64,000 bases of DNA, from NCBI GenBank assembly GCA_947489525.1, contig CANLDW010000005.1, positions 23,626 to 87,625 on the forward strand, written 5' to 3'. The notes below the pieces were generated by a model, which ran no database searches, was not told the DNA's origin, and was given only the letters and a program-made list of their open reading frames with translations. The position numbers and the translations under genes are program-made. The stretch comes from an uncultured Psychrobacter sp. (GTDB taxonomy: Bacteria > Pseudomonadota > Gammaproteobacteria > Pseudomonadales > Moraxellaceae). Numbering within the stretch: position 1 is the stretch's first letter; each line of letters begins with the position of its first letter. This document shows, piece by piece, positions 1-10,884 of the stretch.

Positions 1-44
1 TCGTAAAAGACCCAAGCGAGATCTATGGCAATAAAAATAACTCC

Positions 45-476
45 ATGGCTAAAAATAGAGAACGCGCCCATCCTACTCCTAAGGATAACGAAGCCAATAT
101 AGATCACGCTGACCACAGTAGCCCATCCTCTATTTTACAGCAGCTCGATAGCGTGCTCGCCGAGCGAAAGCTGGCGGATAGCGATAGCTCTTACGTTGCT
201 AGTCTATACGCTAAAGGTTTAAACAAAATACTTGAAAAAGTTGGTGAAGAAGCGACTGAAAGCATCATCGCTGCCAAAGATTTGGCAATAAGTGATGAGC
301 GAAATGATAAACCTAGCTATGATAAGGCTCGCGATGAGCTAATCTACGAGGTTGCAGATGTTTGGTTCCATACATTGATCACGCTTGCATGGTTCGACAT
401 TGGATCCGATGCAGTCTTAGAGGAGCTTGCTCGCCGCTTTGGGCTATCCGGTCTCGATGAAAAAGCAGCGCGTTAG
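45..476 (+). CDS. hisE: phosphoribosyl-ATP pyrophosphatase HisE
   Basis: 143-aa ORF. The C-terminal two-thirds shows the HisE/MazG-type pattern ([25 protein letters not shown] ... [18 protein letters not shown] ... VLEELARR). About 35 aa of N-terminal extension. Confidence 0.85.
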   Translation: MAKNRERAHPTPKDNEANIDHADHSSPSSILQQLDSVLAERKLADSDSSYVASLYAKGLNKILEKVGEEATESIIAAKDLAISDERNDKPSYDKARDELIYEVADVWFHTLITLAWFDIGSDAVLEELARRFGLSGLDEKAAR

Positions 477-715
477 TTGCCCTGATTTTGGAGTATAAGA
501 CTTGGAGTATGAGACAACTCAAAATATAGCTATTAAAACTGAGTTTGAGAGGTAGCTGGCTGGCTTCACCGTTATAAGACACTATTGTTTATTAAGAGCG
601 CTATTTGATGCGTTATACAGGTTTAAAGTGTTATCATGAATAGTTATAAAGGATGACAACAGTCCTGACTGTTAATTTTACGCCACAGGTCTTAACCAGA
701 CATAAGGATAATATT

Positions 716-985
716 ATGGGTAGTTTTTCCATTACGCATTGGCTTATTTTACTCGTCGTCGTCGTCGTGGTATTTGGCACCTCAAAGCTTAGAAACGCAG
801 GTAAAGATCTTGGCGGCGCAGTCAAAGGTTTTAAAGACGCGGTCAAAGACGAAGAGACGGAACACGTACGCAAACGCCAAGTACTTGATCACGATGCTCG
901 AGTAGATAATGGCGCAAGCAAAGTACCCGGTCAAAAAGTGGACGATATTGAAATCCGTCCTACAGATGATACGCGTAAGCTTTAG
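716..985 (+). CDS. tatA: twin-arginine translocase subunit TatA
   Basis: [42 protein letters not shown] is the TatA/E signature (TM helix plus amphipathic helix). The ATG at 716 is preceded by AAGGA. The 653 start of the ORF track is probably not used. Confidence 0.9.
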   Translation: MGSFSITHWLILLVVVVVVFGTSKLRNAGKDLGGAVKGFKDAVKDEETEHVRKRQVLDHDARVDNGASKVPGQKVDDIEIRPTDDTRKL

Positions 986-1014
986 TGCATACCGCTCTTA
1001 TATAGTGATCGCTT

Positions 1015-1788
1015 ATGTTTGACATTGGATTTACTGAATTAGTGCTATTTGGGGTTATCGCGCTCATAGTATTAGGTCCAGAAAAGCTGCCGCAAGCGGC
1101 GCGTACGGCTGGGCAATGGTATAGCAAAATTCGCCGTACAGTATCGACGCTGCAATCAGAGATTGAGGCTGAGCTTGATCTGGCTGAGACGCGCCAACAA
1201 ATGCAAAAAGAGCTTGCCAAGATTCGCGAAACTGAGGCTGAGATGCGTCGTGAAATGGACGAGCTACGCGGTAATATTCATGACTTTGAGTACGCCCAAA
1301 ATCAGCAATTAAAAGGCAAGACTAATAGCACTAATAACGATGATGCCGACCTTCATGACAGTGCGACTACTCAATTGCCACATGACAGGCTAGACCCAAA
1401 TGTAGTAGATCTTCGTAAAGGCTCACAAGACGATCGTACTCAAACTAATAATAGCTCTAATATTAATACCTCTGATACTAATAACCATCGTAAGCCCGCC
1501 GCTTTTGACTACGCCTATGCCAGTACGTCATCTACAACAAAAACAGATAGTCTAAAATCAGCTGATGCAACCAGCACTATAACTAATGTAACAACAACTA
1601 AAGTGACAACGCGCCCTTGGGAAAATATGTGGTTCCGCCTTGGAGCTTATGACAAAGCGCGTCGTTTGCCTGCCCCGCCTTATCTACCAAACTATAAAGC
1701 TGATACTTTGTTACATGCGCGTTTAGACAATGCAGTACAAAATCACGCTTCTATTAAGTCATCTATTAAGACATCGGAGGCGGAATGA
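1015..1788 (+). CDS. tatB: twin-arginine translocase subunit TatB (long low-complexity C-terminus)
   Basis: N-terminus MFDIGFTELVLFGVIALIVLGPEKLPQAARTAGQWYSKIRR is typical TatB. It sits between tatA and tatC. Confidence 0.9.
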   Translation: MFDIGFTELVLFGVIALIVLGPEKLPQAARTAGQWYSKIRRTVSTLQSEIEAELDLAETRQQMQKELAKIRETEAEMRREMDELRGNIHDFEYAQNQQLKGKTNSTNNDDADLHDSATTQLPHDRLDPNVVDLRKGSQDDRTQTNNSSNINTSDTNNHRKPAAFDYAYASTSSTTKTDSLKSADATSTITNVTTTKVTTRPWENMWFRLGAYDKARRLPAPPYLPNYKADTLLHARLDNAVQNHASIKSSIKTSEAE

Positions 1789-2627
1789 AGCAATTGTTTA
1801 AACGGCAAAAAAGTCGCCTAGAAAAAATAGAATCTGCTGACGATAGTAGCGTGTCTTTAGACAATACTACCGTTAGTCAATCGGATGATATTTTTGAGAC
1901 GTTAAGTGATATGCCTATCACTGAGCACTTGATTGATCTGCGCAAACATCTAATCAGGATATGCGTAGCAGTACTGGTTATATTTTTAGCTTTGGTTGGT
2001 TTTTCGCGTGAGCTATATAATTTTTTATCCGATCCTCTAGTAGCTCAGCTTCCTGTTAATTCGACGATGATAGCGACCGATATCACCTCCAACTTTATGG
2101 CACCTATACGCTTAACCGTATTTGTCGCCGCTTTTTTTGCGATGCCCTATATCTTGTATCAAGTGTGGTCGTTTGTCGCTCCAGGACTATATAAAAAAGA
2201 GAAAAAAATTGCGATTCCTGTGCTGCTGTCCTCTATTTTTTTATTTTATGCGGGCGTGGCCTTTGCTTATTTTATTGTGCTCAAAGGCGTCTTGAAGTTT
2301 TTCATCCTGTTTGCACCGCAAAACGTACTGCCTATGACTGACATCGACAGTTATTTAAGCTTTGCTCTCAAACTGTTTATGGTGTTCGGGCTGACGTTTG
2401 AGATCCCCGTTGTAACCTTGTTGTTGATATTGGTCGGTATCGTCTCCATTCAGAGTTTGGAAGACAAACGTCGCTATATCATTGTCGGCTGTTTTGCGAT
2501 AGCTGCGGTCGTCACGCCGCCTGATGGCGTCTCTATGCTTATGCTAGCGATTCCTATGTGGTTACTGTTTGAGCTGGGTTTATTTCTTGCTAAGATACTG
2601 ATAACAAAAGAGCGCCAATCTGTTTAA
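1785..2627 (+). CDS. tatC: twin-arginine translocase subunit TatC
   Basis: TEHLIDLRKHL motif followed by multiple hydrophobic segments. ATGA overlap with the tatB stop. tatABC order. Confidence 0.9.
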   Translation: MKQLFKRQKSRLEKIESADDSSVSLDNTTVSQSDDIFETLSDMPITEHLIDLRKHLIRICVAVLVIFLALVGFSRELYNFLSDPLVAQLPVNSTMIATDITSNFMAPIRLTVFVAAFFAMPYILYQVWSFVAPGLYKKEKKIAIPVLLSSIFLFYAGVAFAYFIVLKGVLKFFILFAPQNVLPMTDIDSYLSFALKLFMVFGLTFEIPVVTLLLILVGIVSIQSLEDKRRYIIVGCFAIAAVVTPPDGVSMLMLAIPMWLLFELGLFLAKILITKERQSV

Positions 2628-2810
2628 ATAGCACACAAGTATTTTTACCTTTGATAAAATAAGCTCGTATATCAATTGATTGCGCTTTGAGACTCCTTAA
2701 ATAATCCCTACTCTAATCTGCCATTGTCTATACAATGGCTTTTTTGTCCCTCATACTGTCCATACTTTTTTGTCGCATGTTAAGCCTCTCACTTTTTAGG
2801 TAAATTTTTT

Positions 2811-4307
2811 ATGTCTGCATCCATGCCCGCTTATATGAGCGACCCTACTGATGAGCAATTAAATGCGCTTAATATGGCGATGGATCACAAGTCATTTAAA
2901 GTAGTGGCTTATGCAGGTGCTGGTAAAACGACGACGCTCAAACTTATCGGTGAGCGCTTGCGCGGACGCGGTTTGTACTTAGCCTTTAACAAAGCGATCG
3001 CTAATGATGCGCGGCAAAAGTTCCCCTCCCATGTCGATTGCCGTACTTTTCACTCGCTAGCCTATCGGCACGTTCCGCGCGATATCACTGCCAAGCTGTC
3101 CTTACCTCGTTTTTCTCCTAAACGCTTAGGCGATGATCTAGGCTTGCAGCCGGTACAAGTGCGGCGGCAGATGGATGGCGTCAATAAGTACATCACTTTG
3201 ACACCTGCACGCTTGTCACGTTTCGTTAGCGACGCGGTCAGTAACTTTTGTAGTACGCACGCCAGTTATCCAGCGCCAAGGCACATCGAGTTTCCTAACT
3301 GGCTTGATGACTCAGATAGCGAGCAGCTGCGTGAGATGCTCTACCCTGCTGTTGAGCAGCGCTGGCTGCAATCTATTGATGCCCGTCATCCCGCTGGCAT
3401 TGGTCATGACATTTATCTTAAACTATGGGCGTTGTCCAAACCCAGCATTCCAGCCGACTTTATCTTATTTGATGAAGCGCAGGACGCTGACCCTTTGATG
3501 ATGGGTATTTTGACTCAGCAGCCGCGCCAAGTCATCTACGTTGGCGACGCGCATCAGCAGATCTATGAGTGGCGCGGTGCAGTTAATGCCATGAAAAAAC
3601 TACCCCTACCGCAGACCTTGTTAACGCAGTCGTTTCGCTTTGGTGCCCCTATCGCTGAGGTCGCCAATACGCTACTCAAAGCCTTGCAAGAAGACGTGCC
3701 CCTAAAAGGCAATCCTGATAAAAAATCCTCTATTGAAAAAGGCATGGTTCATAGCAAAAAAGACGCTATCCTCTGCCGTACCAATGCTGCTGCCATGGCG
3801 CAGCTGCTCACAGGACTGAAACTCGGTCATCGGGTCGCACTGCAAGCGGATACTGAGCGTATGCTTAGGTTCTGCCAAGCCGCTGAAAATCTTAAAAACG
3901 GTAAATCCGCTTACGGCGTGCCAGAGCTGGCGTACTTTTATAATTGGGCGGACGTACAAGAGTACTCAGAGACGAATGAAGGTAGCGATCTTAAGACGTT
4001 AGTCAAGCTCGTCGATGATCACGGTACTAGCGTGCTTAGCCGCGCGGTTAACAGTCTCACTCGTATTGAAAATGCCGATTACGTCATCTCCACCGCGCAT
4101 AAAGCCAAGGGTCTTGAATGGGGTAAAGTCCAGCTTGATGATGATTTTTATTACGACATTACCACTAACGGTATCAAGATTAGCCCTGAGGAGCTGCGTC
4201 TGCTCTACGTCGCTTGTACGCGCGCGCAAAGCAATTTAGACATCGAGAATATAAAGGATTTAATATCAGGTTTGCAGACAGGCAAAAAGGTGATTTTGGG
4301 CAGCTGA
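2811..4307 (+). CDS. UvrD/Rep-type superfamily 1 DNA helicase (short, about 500 aa)
   Basis: Walker A YAGAGKTTTL, Walker B/DExx FILFDEAQD, YEWRGA, SFRFG, and a C-terminal STAHKAKGLEW...LLYVACTRA motif typical of UvrD_C_2. Confidence 0.8.
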   Translation: MSASMPAYMSDPTDEQLNALNMAMDHKSFKVVAYAGAGKTTTLKLIGERLRGRGLYLAFNKAIANDARQKFPSHVDCRTFHSLAYRHVPRDITAKLSLPRFSPKRLGDDLGLQPVQVRRQMDGVNKYITLTPARLSRFVSDAVSNFCSTHASYPAPRHIEFPNWLDDSDSEQLREMLYPAVEQRWLQSIDARHPAGIGHDIYLKLWALSKPSIPADFILFDEAQDADPLMMGILTQQPRQVIYVGDAHQQIYEWRGAVNAMKKLPLPQTLLTQSFRFGAPIAEVANTLLKALQEDVPLKGNPDKKSSIEKGMVHSKKDAILCRTNAAAMAQLLTGLKLGHRVALQADTERMLRFCQAAENLKNGKSAYGVPELAYFYNWADVQEYSETNEGSDLKTLVKLVDDHGTSVLSRAVNSLTRIENADYVISTAHKAKGLEWGKVQLDDDFYYDITTNGIKISPEELRLLYVACTRAQSNLDIENIKDLISGLQTGKKVILGS

Positions 4308-4404
4308 TCAATATGATTAACGTTTGAGAGGCGTCTATTCTACCCTTACAACGACTTTTAACTGATGACTTGTAGCTGTGATTCGTAACTTATGACCTTT
4401 ACCT

Positions 4405-5382
4405 ATGACCCATTTTAATAAAATGTTTGATAATCCTGTCCGCCTTCTTGCGCCAATGGAAGGCTTAACTGATCCTTTGATGCGGCAAATTTTGACACAA
4501 ATTGCCGCAGATTTGGGCCGTCCTTATGATTGGTCGGTGAGTGAGTTTATCCGCGTCACTCAAACTGTCCTGCCTGCCCATGTGTTCTATAAATACGTAC
4601 CAGAGTTACATCACGATGCTAAGACTGCCGCAGGGACACCTATTCACGTGCAGCTATTAGGCAGCGTACCAACGCTCATGGCAGAGAATGCAGCTTTTGC
4701 CTGTGAGCTTGGCGCGCCTGCGATCGATATTAACTTTGGCTGTCCCGCTAAGACCGTCAATAGTCATCGCGGCGGCTCAGTACTGCTTGATGAGCCTGAG
4801 GTTATGTATGAGATTATCAGTGCTGTAAGACGCGCTGTTCCTAAGGATATCCCTGTATCGGCTAAGATACGTTTGGGTTATACCGACACCTCAAGGATGG
4901 ATGATATACGCGGCGCAATTGCCGATAGCGGCGCGGACTGGCTAACCATTCATGCCCGCACCAAAACTCAAGGCTATAAGCCGCCCGCTTATTGGGACAA
5001 GATTCAAGGCTTTAACCATCTTAAGATACCCGTTATCGCTAACGGTGAGATTTGGAACAATGAGCAAGCCAATCAATGTATTGAGCAATCAGGAACCACC
5101 CATTTAATGTTAGGTCGCGGCGCGGTCACGCGGCCTGACTTAATTGCACGGATAGATAATCAAGAAAGTGCGTTGTTAACATGGCAAGATTTACTAACGC
5201 ATCAAATCAAGTTTTTAAACGGTATTGCCAAAAACGATACCGTACTTGTCGGGCGTTATAAGCAGTGGCTGGGGATGTTAACCAAAGGCTACGCTGAGGC
5301 GCAGCCCGTTTGGGAGGCTATTAAGCGCGAAAAAGATAAAGCGCTGATCATAACAGCGCTACAGACTAGCGCAGCACTATAA
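4405..5382 (+). CDS. dusC: tRNA-dihydrouridine(16) synthase DusC
   Basis: Collinear resemblance to E. coli DusC as recalled (LAPMEG..D, EFIRV, VQLLG, INFGCPAKTVN, IHARTK.QGY, IPVIANGEI, MLGRGA, YKQWL). Confidence 0.85.
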   Translation: MTHFNKMFDNPVRLLAPMEGLTDPLMRQILTQIAADLGRPYDWSVSEFIRVTQTVLPAHVFYKYVPELHHDAKTAAGTPIHVQLLGSVPTLMAENAAFACELGAPAIDINFGCPAKTVNSHRGGSVLLDEPEVMYEIISAVRRAVPKDIPVSAKIRLGYTDTSRMDDIRGAIADSGADWLTIHARTKTQGYKPPAYWDKIQGFNHLKIPVIANGEIWNNEQANQCIEQSGTTHLMLGRGAVTRPDLIARIDNQESALLTWQDLLTHQIKFLNGIAKNDTVLVGRYKQWLGMLTKGYAEAQPVWEAIKREKDKALIITALQTSAAL

Positions 5383-5435
5383 GCTGTTTTGATGTCCTGC
5401 TACTTTGCTGTTCTACTACTACGTTGCTACGACTA

Positions 5436-5861
5436 TCAGATGCTAAGCCTAATGGCCAAATAAAATAGCATCAGCGAGCACGCCATCGACAGTACCCATA
5501 AAATGGAGCGAAAGGTCGCTAAGTTTGCGATATATGCCACACAGTAACCGATGCGAATGATCACGTAGAGCCACGCAAGCGTATTGATAATGGACTGCGG
5601 TACAAAGAATAGCATTGCTGCTAGTACTGCTGCCAAAAATACCGGAAGCGTCTCATAGCTATTCTGCTGGGCGGCATTCGCTCGTGCTGCAGCCCCTGTA
5701 GTACGCTGCAAAAAATCGCGGGGATGGGCATTGTCAGCCAAACCAAAACCGCCAAAGGCTTTTGCCGTCAGGGCCATACATACCGGCAGTAAACTTGCCA
5801 CGACCATCGCCCATAACGCTGATGCGGCCGTATCAGGAATAAGCCCAAGGAGCGTACTCAT
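5436..5861 (-). CDS. MAPEG family membrane protein
   Basis: 141-aa hydrophobic protein with the pattern NAHPRDF...RANAAQQNSYETLPVF seen in bacterial MAPEG/YecN-like proteins. Confidence 0.65.
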   Translation of the reverse strand: MSTLLGLIPDTAASALWAMVVASLLPVCMALTAKAFGGFGLADNAHPRDFLQRTTGAAARANAAQQNSYETLPVFLAAVLAAMLFFVPQSIINTLAWLYVIIRIGYCVAYIANLATFRSILWVLSMACSLMLFYLAIRLSI

Positions 5862-6280
5862 CAGACCTCCCCTGCCACAATTTCAAAATCGTGCGTGATA
5901 TTGACGCCGCCTTGCATGAGCATACGACTCGCCGAACAGTATTTTTCCGCTGATAGATGAATCGCCTTTTCAACTTGCTTGTCTTTGATATTTTGGCCAC
6001 TGACAATAAAGTGCAGGTGGATATCAGTATAAACAGCTGGGATGGTCTCAGCGCGATTAGCAGTTAATACGCAGCGCACATCGACGAGCTCTTGGCGCGA
6101 TTTTTGTAGGATCGACACCACATCATAGCTGGCGCAGCCGCCAAGTCCGAGTAGCACCAGCTCCATTGGACTTGCGCCTTTTTCTTTATCAGCATCGATT
6201 TGTACTTCATGCCCTGAAGGCGCTACCCCTATAAACGCTTTGTTCTCTTGCCATGTTACGCTTGCTGTTGACTCTGTCAT
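5861..6280 (-). CDS. OsmC family peroxiredoxin-like protein
   Basis: GASPMELVLLGLGGCASYDVVSILQK and a C-terminal SAEKYCSASRML motif (the two conserved Cys of OsmC/Ohr). Confidence 0.85.
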   Translation of the reverse strand: MTESTASVTWQENKAFIGVAPSGHEVQIDADKEKGASPMELVLLGLGGCASYDVVSILQKSRQELVDVRCVLTANRAETIPAVYTDIHLHFIVSGQNIKDKQVEKAIHLSAEKYCSASRMLMQGGVNITHDFEIVAGEV

Positions 6281-6635
6281 TACTCATTATCCTTGCACTT
6301 ATTTACGTGTTGTTATCGTTTCAAAAGTTGTTAATCGCTAGTGTATCACAAGCCAAAACGGCTGGTCATAATGTGGGTGGTCAAGTTATTTTATTGATAA
6401 AAAGCGGTAACAAATCTTGAATGAGATGGTGCTGATAAACTATTGATTTTACAGCGTTAAATTTGTGAAACATTTTATAGCAAAATAGCGTTACACATTT
6501 GGCCTATTTCTTGCTTTAATAATGACAATGAATCTTATTTCAGTTTACACCTTTATAAGTCACCTTATAATAATTACGACTTATAGAAACGCCATCTGAG
6601 ATAAGCTATTTTAAATATATAAACAAGGTTACGTC

Positions 6636-7157
6636 ATGATAGATGCAGACGGCTTTCGCGCCAATGTCGGTATCATCTTGGCAAATACACAAGGGCAAGT
6701 TCTGTGGGCAAAACGCATTGGACACAACGCTTGGCAGTTTCCGCAAGGTGGTATTGACCGCGGGGAGACGCCGATGGATGCGATGTATCGTGAGCTCTGG
6801 GAAGAGGTTGGCCTGCATCCGCGTCACGTGGATCTATTGGCGGTCACGCAAGATTGGCTGCGCTACCGTCTACCCAAGCGCTATGTGCGCCATGGACAGC
6901 AGCCCCTATGTATTGGGCAAAAACAAAAGTGGTTTTTGCTGCGCTTAGATGAACCAAATACACAACATATTCGCTTTGATGAAGGCAAACCAGAATTTGA
7001 CCACTGGCAATGGGTCAGCTACTGGTATCCCTTAGGTCAAGTGATTCACTTTAAACGCGGGGTATACCGCAGGGCTTTGCAGGAGCTGGCACGCGAATTA
7101 CCCCTTAGACAAGAGCTTATCATTCCAGAGCAAGACAATCACTTGTTAATGGAGTGA
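6636..7157 (+). CDS. rppH: RNA pyrophosphohydrolase RppH (NudH)
   Basis: [15 protein letters not shown]..., [10 protein letters not shown]....A..REL.EEVGL Nudix box, KQKWFLLRL. Strong resemblance to RppH. Confidence 0.9.
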   Translation: MIDADGFRANVGIILANTQGQVLWAKRIGHNAWQFPQGGIDRGETPMDAMYRELWEEVGLHPRHVDLLAVTQDWLRYRLPKRYVRHGQQPLCIGQKQKWFLLRLDEPNTQHIRFDEGKPEFDHWQWVSYWYPLGQVIHFKRGVYRRALQELARELPLRQELIIPEQDNHLLME

Positions 7158-7254
7158 GGTTTTAATATTAGATACAGATAAGCTTATAGCGGTATTTAAA
7201 AAGCTTGCATCCATAGTGATTAATATGGACGCAAGCTTTTTTTATAACAAAACG

Positions 7255-8088
7255 CTATTTATTGACTTCACGGCTCACTAATTGTAAGTTTGGCGATGAT
7301 TGACCTTCAGTTACGCTCATCGTCAATATGCTTTGCGTGCGCGTTCCATAGGTCGGTGCTGGGGTATGATTGTCTGTATTAGTCGATCCATTAGACATAG
7401 GATTAAAGGCAACAGCATCAATATAGACGGATGACAGTGCCTGTTCAATCTCGCTAGTAACGCCTGTGCTGGGCAGCTGATTAGGCGGCGCTGGTGTATC
7501 ATCGGACATCACTGCAAAGGCAGCCTGTTGCCAATATTCAAGCGCGCGATCCTCAGCAATCAAAGGCAATACCTCTTGGCGCAGACGGCCGCGTAGTTTC
7601 TCCGTCTTAAACCAGCCCTCATCAGGCTGACCATTTGATAATACGTGTAGTCCTACATGTAGCGGCGTTGGTGCGTGCCCGCGATTATTAACGATGACCG
7701 CCTGCTTATCATCGCCAACAACAAGATTAAAGCCTGCGTAGTCCTGTAAGCTGATCTGCCGTGCAAAGGCTAGCGGACTGAGCTTACTAGTCAAAAATTC
7801 AGTGACCAGCTCGCCACGCGAGCGCTCATTATCGCCCGCTTGCACGCCATCACGAAAGTTCAACACCGCCGCCCAACGTCCGTTTTGCTGGTAGCTGTCA
7901 GGCTCAACGGGTTGGCTGTGAATACCTAGCCACGTACCGCCGCTTTGGCTATCGCGACCTGCAAAGATTGGCATATCACCCCATTGATGCAGCGGCTTGG
8001 TTGGACGCGCCAAAAACTCATCGCGGTTAGACACTAGTACGAGGGGCATATCTGCAAACAACTGCCAAGCGATAGCGACGATACACAT
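7255..8088 (-). CDS. NRDE family protein (TANGO2-like, DUF833)
   Basis: MCIVAIAWQ N-terminus (Cys2), SNRDEF motif, GRDSQSGGTWLG. The start was moved to the internal ATG (M18 of the ORF track). Confidence 0.8.
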   Translation of the reverse strand: MCIVAIAWQLFADMPLVLVSNRDEFLARPTKPLHQWGDMPIFAGRDSQSGGTWLGIHSQPVEPDSYQQNGRWAAVLNFRDGVQAGDNERSRGELVTEFLTSKLSPLAFARQISLQDYAGFNLVVGDDKQAVIVNNRGHAPTPLHVGLHVLSNGQPDEGWFKTEKLRGRLRQEVLPLIAEDRALEYWQQAAFAVMSDDTPAPPNQLPSTGVTSEIEQALSSVYIDAVAFNPMSNGSTNTDNHTPAPTYGTRTQSILTMSVTEGQSSPNLQLVSREVNK

Positions 8089-8446
8089 ACAGGATCCTAA
8101 ATGATTTTTTTTGCTTAGTTGATAGTTAGCTTGGAACAATATTAATGGGCTAATAGCACAGTGCTACCAACATCAGCTAGCAATTACGACGACTATAGCA
8201 CACGTCGCCTGCTGACTTTATATCTGTTGTAGTCATAGCAAATATCGTTTATAGACGGCTTGCCATACAGCGCTTATTATTTGTCGCTATTTTTGCTATG
8301 ATACCAAGCGTCTGTGTTGATGTTTTACGGTTTTTTTATTTATCTTATCAGCAATTAATTTTATACTTTGGCGGGCTTTATGCCTAATGTCTATTTCTTC
8401 CACCTACACGCATGCGCCACTAACATACGCAACTAAGTAACTTACT

Positions 8447-9331
8447 ATGATAATTCATCCTCAATACGATCCGGTCGCTTTGTCTCTTGGTCCGATAGAA
8501 GTGCACTGGTACGGCACCATGTACCTGTTAGCATTTGCAGCCGCTTATGCGCTAGCATGGTATCGTAGCACTAAGCGTGATGCGTGGTCGACCACTATGG
8601 TCTCAGACTTAGTGTTCTTTGGTGCGCTTGGCGTCATATTAGGTGGACGTATTGGATATGTATTGTTTTATCAGTTCGGCGAGCTGCTACAAAACCCTGC
8701 TTACTTGTTCAAGGTCTGGGAAGGCGGTATGTCCTTTCACGGCGGTCTGATCGGTGTCATCCTTGGCATGTGGTATTTTGCCCACAAGTACAAAAAGACG
8801 CCCTTTCAGGTGCTCGATTTTATCGCTCCTTGCGTCCCCACAGGACTGTTATTTGGCCGTATCGGTAATTACATCAACGGCGAGTTATGGGGTCGTATCT
8901 CAGATGGCGGTTATAACTGGCTTACCTACTTTCCGCAGGCCGCCGCCTTTGATATGCAGCAGCTACAGGCTAATCCAGCACTACAGGAGCTTATGCTAGA
9001 GGTGAACGGTCAGTACCTACTGCCGCGTCATCCTTCGCAGTTATACGAAGCCTTTGCTGAGGGTTTGCTGCTATTTATTTTACTGTGGTGGTACTCTGCC
9101 AAGCCGCGTCCGCGTATGGCAGTATCTGGACTGTTTATGCTGGGGTATGGTCTAAGCCGCTTTATTATTGAGTTTTTCCGTCAGCCAGACGCCGACCAAG
9201 GGTTTATCCTACTCGGCTGGATGACCAAAGGTCAGATATTAAGCGCGCCGATGATCCTTATCGGTATTGGTCTTATCCTTTATGCCTATAAGCGCGGCAT
9301 CTACGATTGGGGCAAACAGGCGGCTTATTAA
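8447..9331 (+). CDS. lgt: prolipoprotein diacylglyceryl transferase
   Basis: IHWYGTMYLLAF, GGRIGYVLFY, W.GGMSFHGGLIG and GRIGNYINGELWGR motifs. Confidence 0.92.
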   Translation: MIIHPQYDPVALSLGPIEVHWYGTMYLLAFAAAYALAWYRSTKRDAWSTTMVSDLVFFGALGVILGGRIGYVLFYQFGELLQNPAYLFKVWEGGMSFHGGLIGVILGMWYFAHKYKKTPFQVLDFIAPCVPTGLLFGRIGNYINGELWGRISDGGYNWLTYFPQAAAFDMQQLQANPALQELMLEVNGQYLLPRHPSQLYEAFAEGLLLFILLWWYSAKPRPRMAVSGLFMLGYGLSRFIIEFFRQPDADQGFILLGWMTKGQILSAPMILIGIGLILYAYKRGIYDWGKQAAY

Positions 9332-9393
9332 TATAGGACAACTCAGCTAAGCGCTATTATTGACGATATCTAATATCAACGAGAGCAAAGATC

Positions 9394-10254
9394 ATGATCA
9401 CCAGTAAAAATGAGCAAGCGTATTTGGACTTATTACAATATGTCTTAAACCATGGTACTGAAAAAGGCGATCGTACGGGCACAGGGACGCTGAGTCATTT
9501 TGGCGCGCAGCTACGCTTTGATCTAGCTGATGGTTTTCCACTATTGACCACCAAAAAGGTGCACTTTAAGTCCATCGTTTACGAGCTATTGTGGTTCTTA
9601 AGTGGTAGTACGCACGTGGATTATCTACAAGAGCATGGCGTGCGTATTTGGAATGAGTGGGCAACTGGCGAGCAGACTGCAAAATTTAAGCGCCCAGCAG
9701 GCGACTTAGGGCCTGTCTACGGTCATCAGTGGCGCAATTACGGCGCCAGTCAACAGGACAACGGCGAGTACAATAACGACGGCGTTGATCAAATCAGCGA
9801 GGTGGTCGAGCAGATAAAAACCAATCCCAACTCGCGCCGTTTAATCGTCTCAGGCTGGAACCCAAAGGAGGCCAATCAAGTTGCCCTTCCCCCTTGTCAT
9901 ACGCTGTTTCAGTTCTTTGTTGCAGATAACAAGCTCTCCTGCCAACTCTACCAGCGCTCAGCGGATCTGTTCTTAGGTGTACCGTTTAACATTGCCAGCT
10001 ACGCGCTATTAACCCACATGATCGCTCAAGTTTGCAAGCTAGAGGTCGGCGAGTTTATCTGGACAGGTGGCGATTGTCACTTGTATCAAAACCATCGTGA
10101 ACAGGCCGAGCTACAACTATCGCGCTCACTATATGAGCTGCCGACTCTCACTTTAAATTCAGACGTAGACGACATCTTTGCCTTTACCTATGAAGATGTT
10201 AGCATTACAGGCTATGAGTCGCATCCCGCCATCAAGGCTAAAGTTGCCGTCTAG
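9394..10254 (+). CDS. thyA: thymidylate synthase
   Basis: [36 protein letters not shown] motifs. Followed by folA. Confidence 0.95.
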   Translation: MITSKNEQAYLDLLQYVLNHGTEKGDRTGTGTLSHFGAQLRFDLADGFPLLTTKKVHFKSIVYELLWFLSGSTHVDYLQEHGVRIWNEWATGEQTAKFKRPAGDLGPVYGHQWRNYGASQQDNGEYNNDGVDQISEVVEQIKTNPNSRRLIVSGWNPKEANQVALPPCHTLFQFFVADNKLSCQLYQRSADLFLGVPFNIASYALLTHMIAQVCKLEVGEFIWTGGDCHLYQNHREQAELQLSRSLYELPTLTLNSDVDDIFAFTYEDVSITGYESHPAIKAKVAV

Positions 10255-10290
10255 TCATTACCCATTACGAAAAATAAATAAGGATATGTT

Positions 10291-10860
10291 ATGAGTTATG
10301 CCCATACCGAAGTGGCTCAAATCGCCGCTATTAGTCGCAACCGCTGTATTGGTAAAGATAACGAGATGCCTTGGCACCTATCAGAAGATCTACAGCGTTT
10401 TAAGGCGCTGACCACTGAGAATAAAGACAGCGACATTCAGGGTATTGTGATTATGGGTCGTAAAACCTTTGAGTCGATGGGCGCCAAACCGCTACCGAAA
10501 CGCTTTAATTTTATTATTACTAGTCAGATAGATTACGCACAAAAGCACGATCTAAAAGAGCGTAAGGATGTCTATGTGGTACACAATTTAGATGACGCGC
10601 TAACCCAAGCGGCAAGCCTGGCACATGGCGCGCACCTTGAAACTATATGGATCATCGGCGGTGAGCGTCTGTTTAACGAGGCGATGATGTACACGGACCG
10701 TATTGAGCTGACTCACGTCGATACTGATATTAAGGATGGCGATGCTTTTTATCCTGAGCTACCACAAGATTTTGAGATAGCCGCAGAATCTGAATCTAAA
10801 CATGACGACAACAGCGATCTGAGCTTTAAATTTGTAACCTACCATAAAATAAACGCCTAA
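10291..10860 (+). CDS. folA: dihydrofolate reductase
   Basis: IGKDNEMPWHL..DL..FK..T, VIMGRKTFES, IIGGERLF motifs. Located downstream of thyA. Confidence 0.9.
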   Translation: MSYAHTEVAQIAAISRNRCIGKDNEMPWHLSEDLQRFKALTTENKDSDIQGIVIMGRKTFESMGAKPLPKRFNFIITSQIDYAQKHDLKERKDVYVVHNLDDALTQAASLAHGAHLETIWIIGGERLFNEAMMYTDRIELTHVDTDIKDGDAFYPELPQDFEIAAESESKHDDNSDLSFKFVTYHKINA

Positions 10861-10876
10861 CGGGTAGGCGCTTATT
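10854..10876. terminator. hairpin between convergent folA and uvrC
   Basis: CGCCTA-acggg-TAGGCG stem-loop overlapping the folA stop and lying just beyond the uvrC stop. The T-run is weak. Confidence 0.4.
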
Positions 10877-10884
10877 GTACTTAT

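Noticed and set aside
1-44. A possible 3' end of an upstream gene at the left window edge
   Set aside because: Only a few nucleotides precede an in-frame stop (TAA at 4-6), which is too little sequence to call anything.
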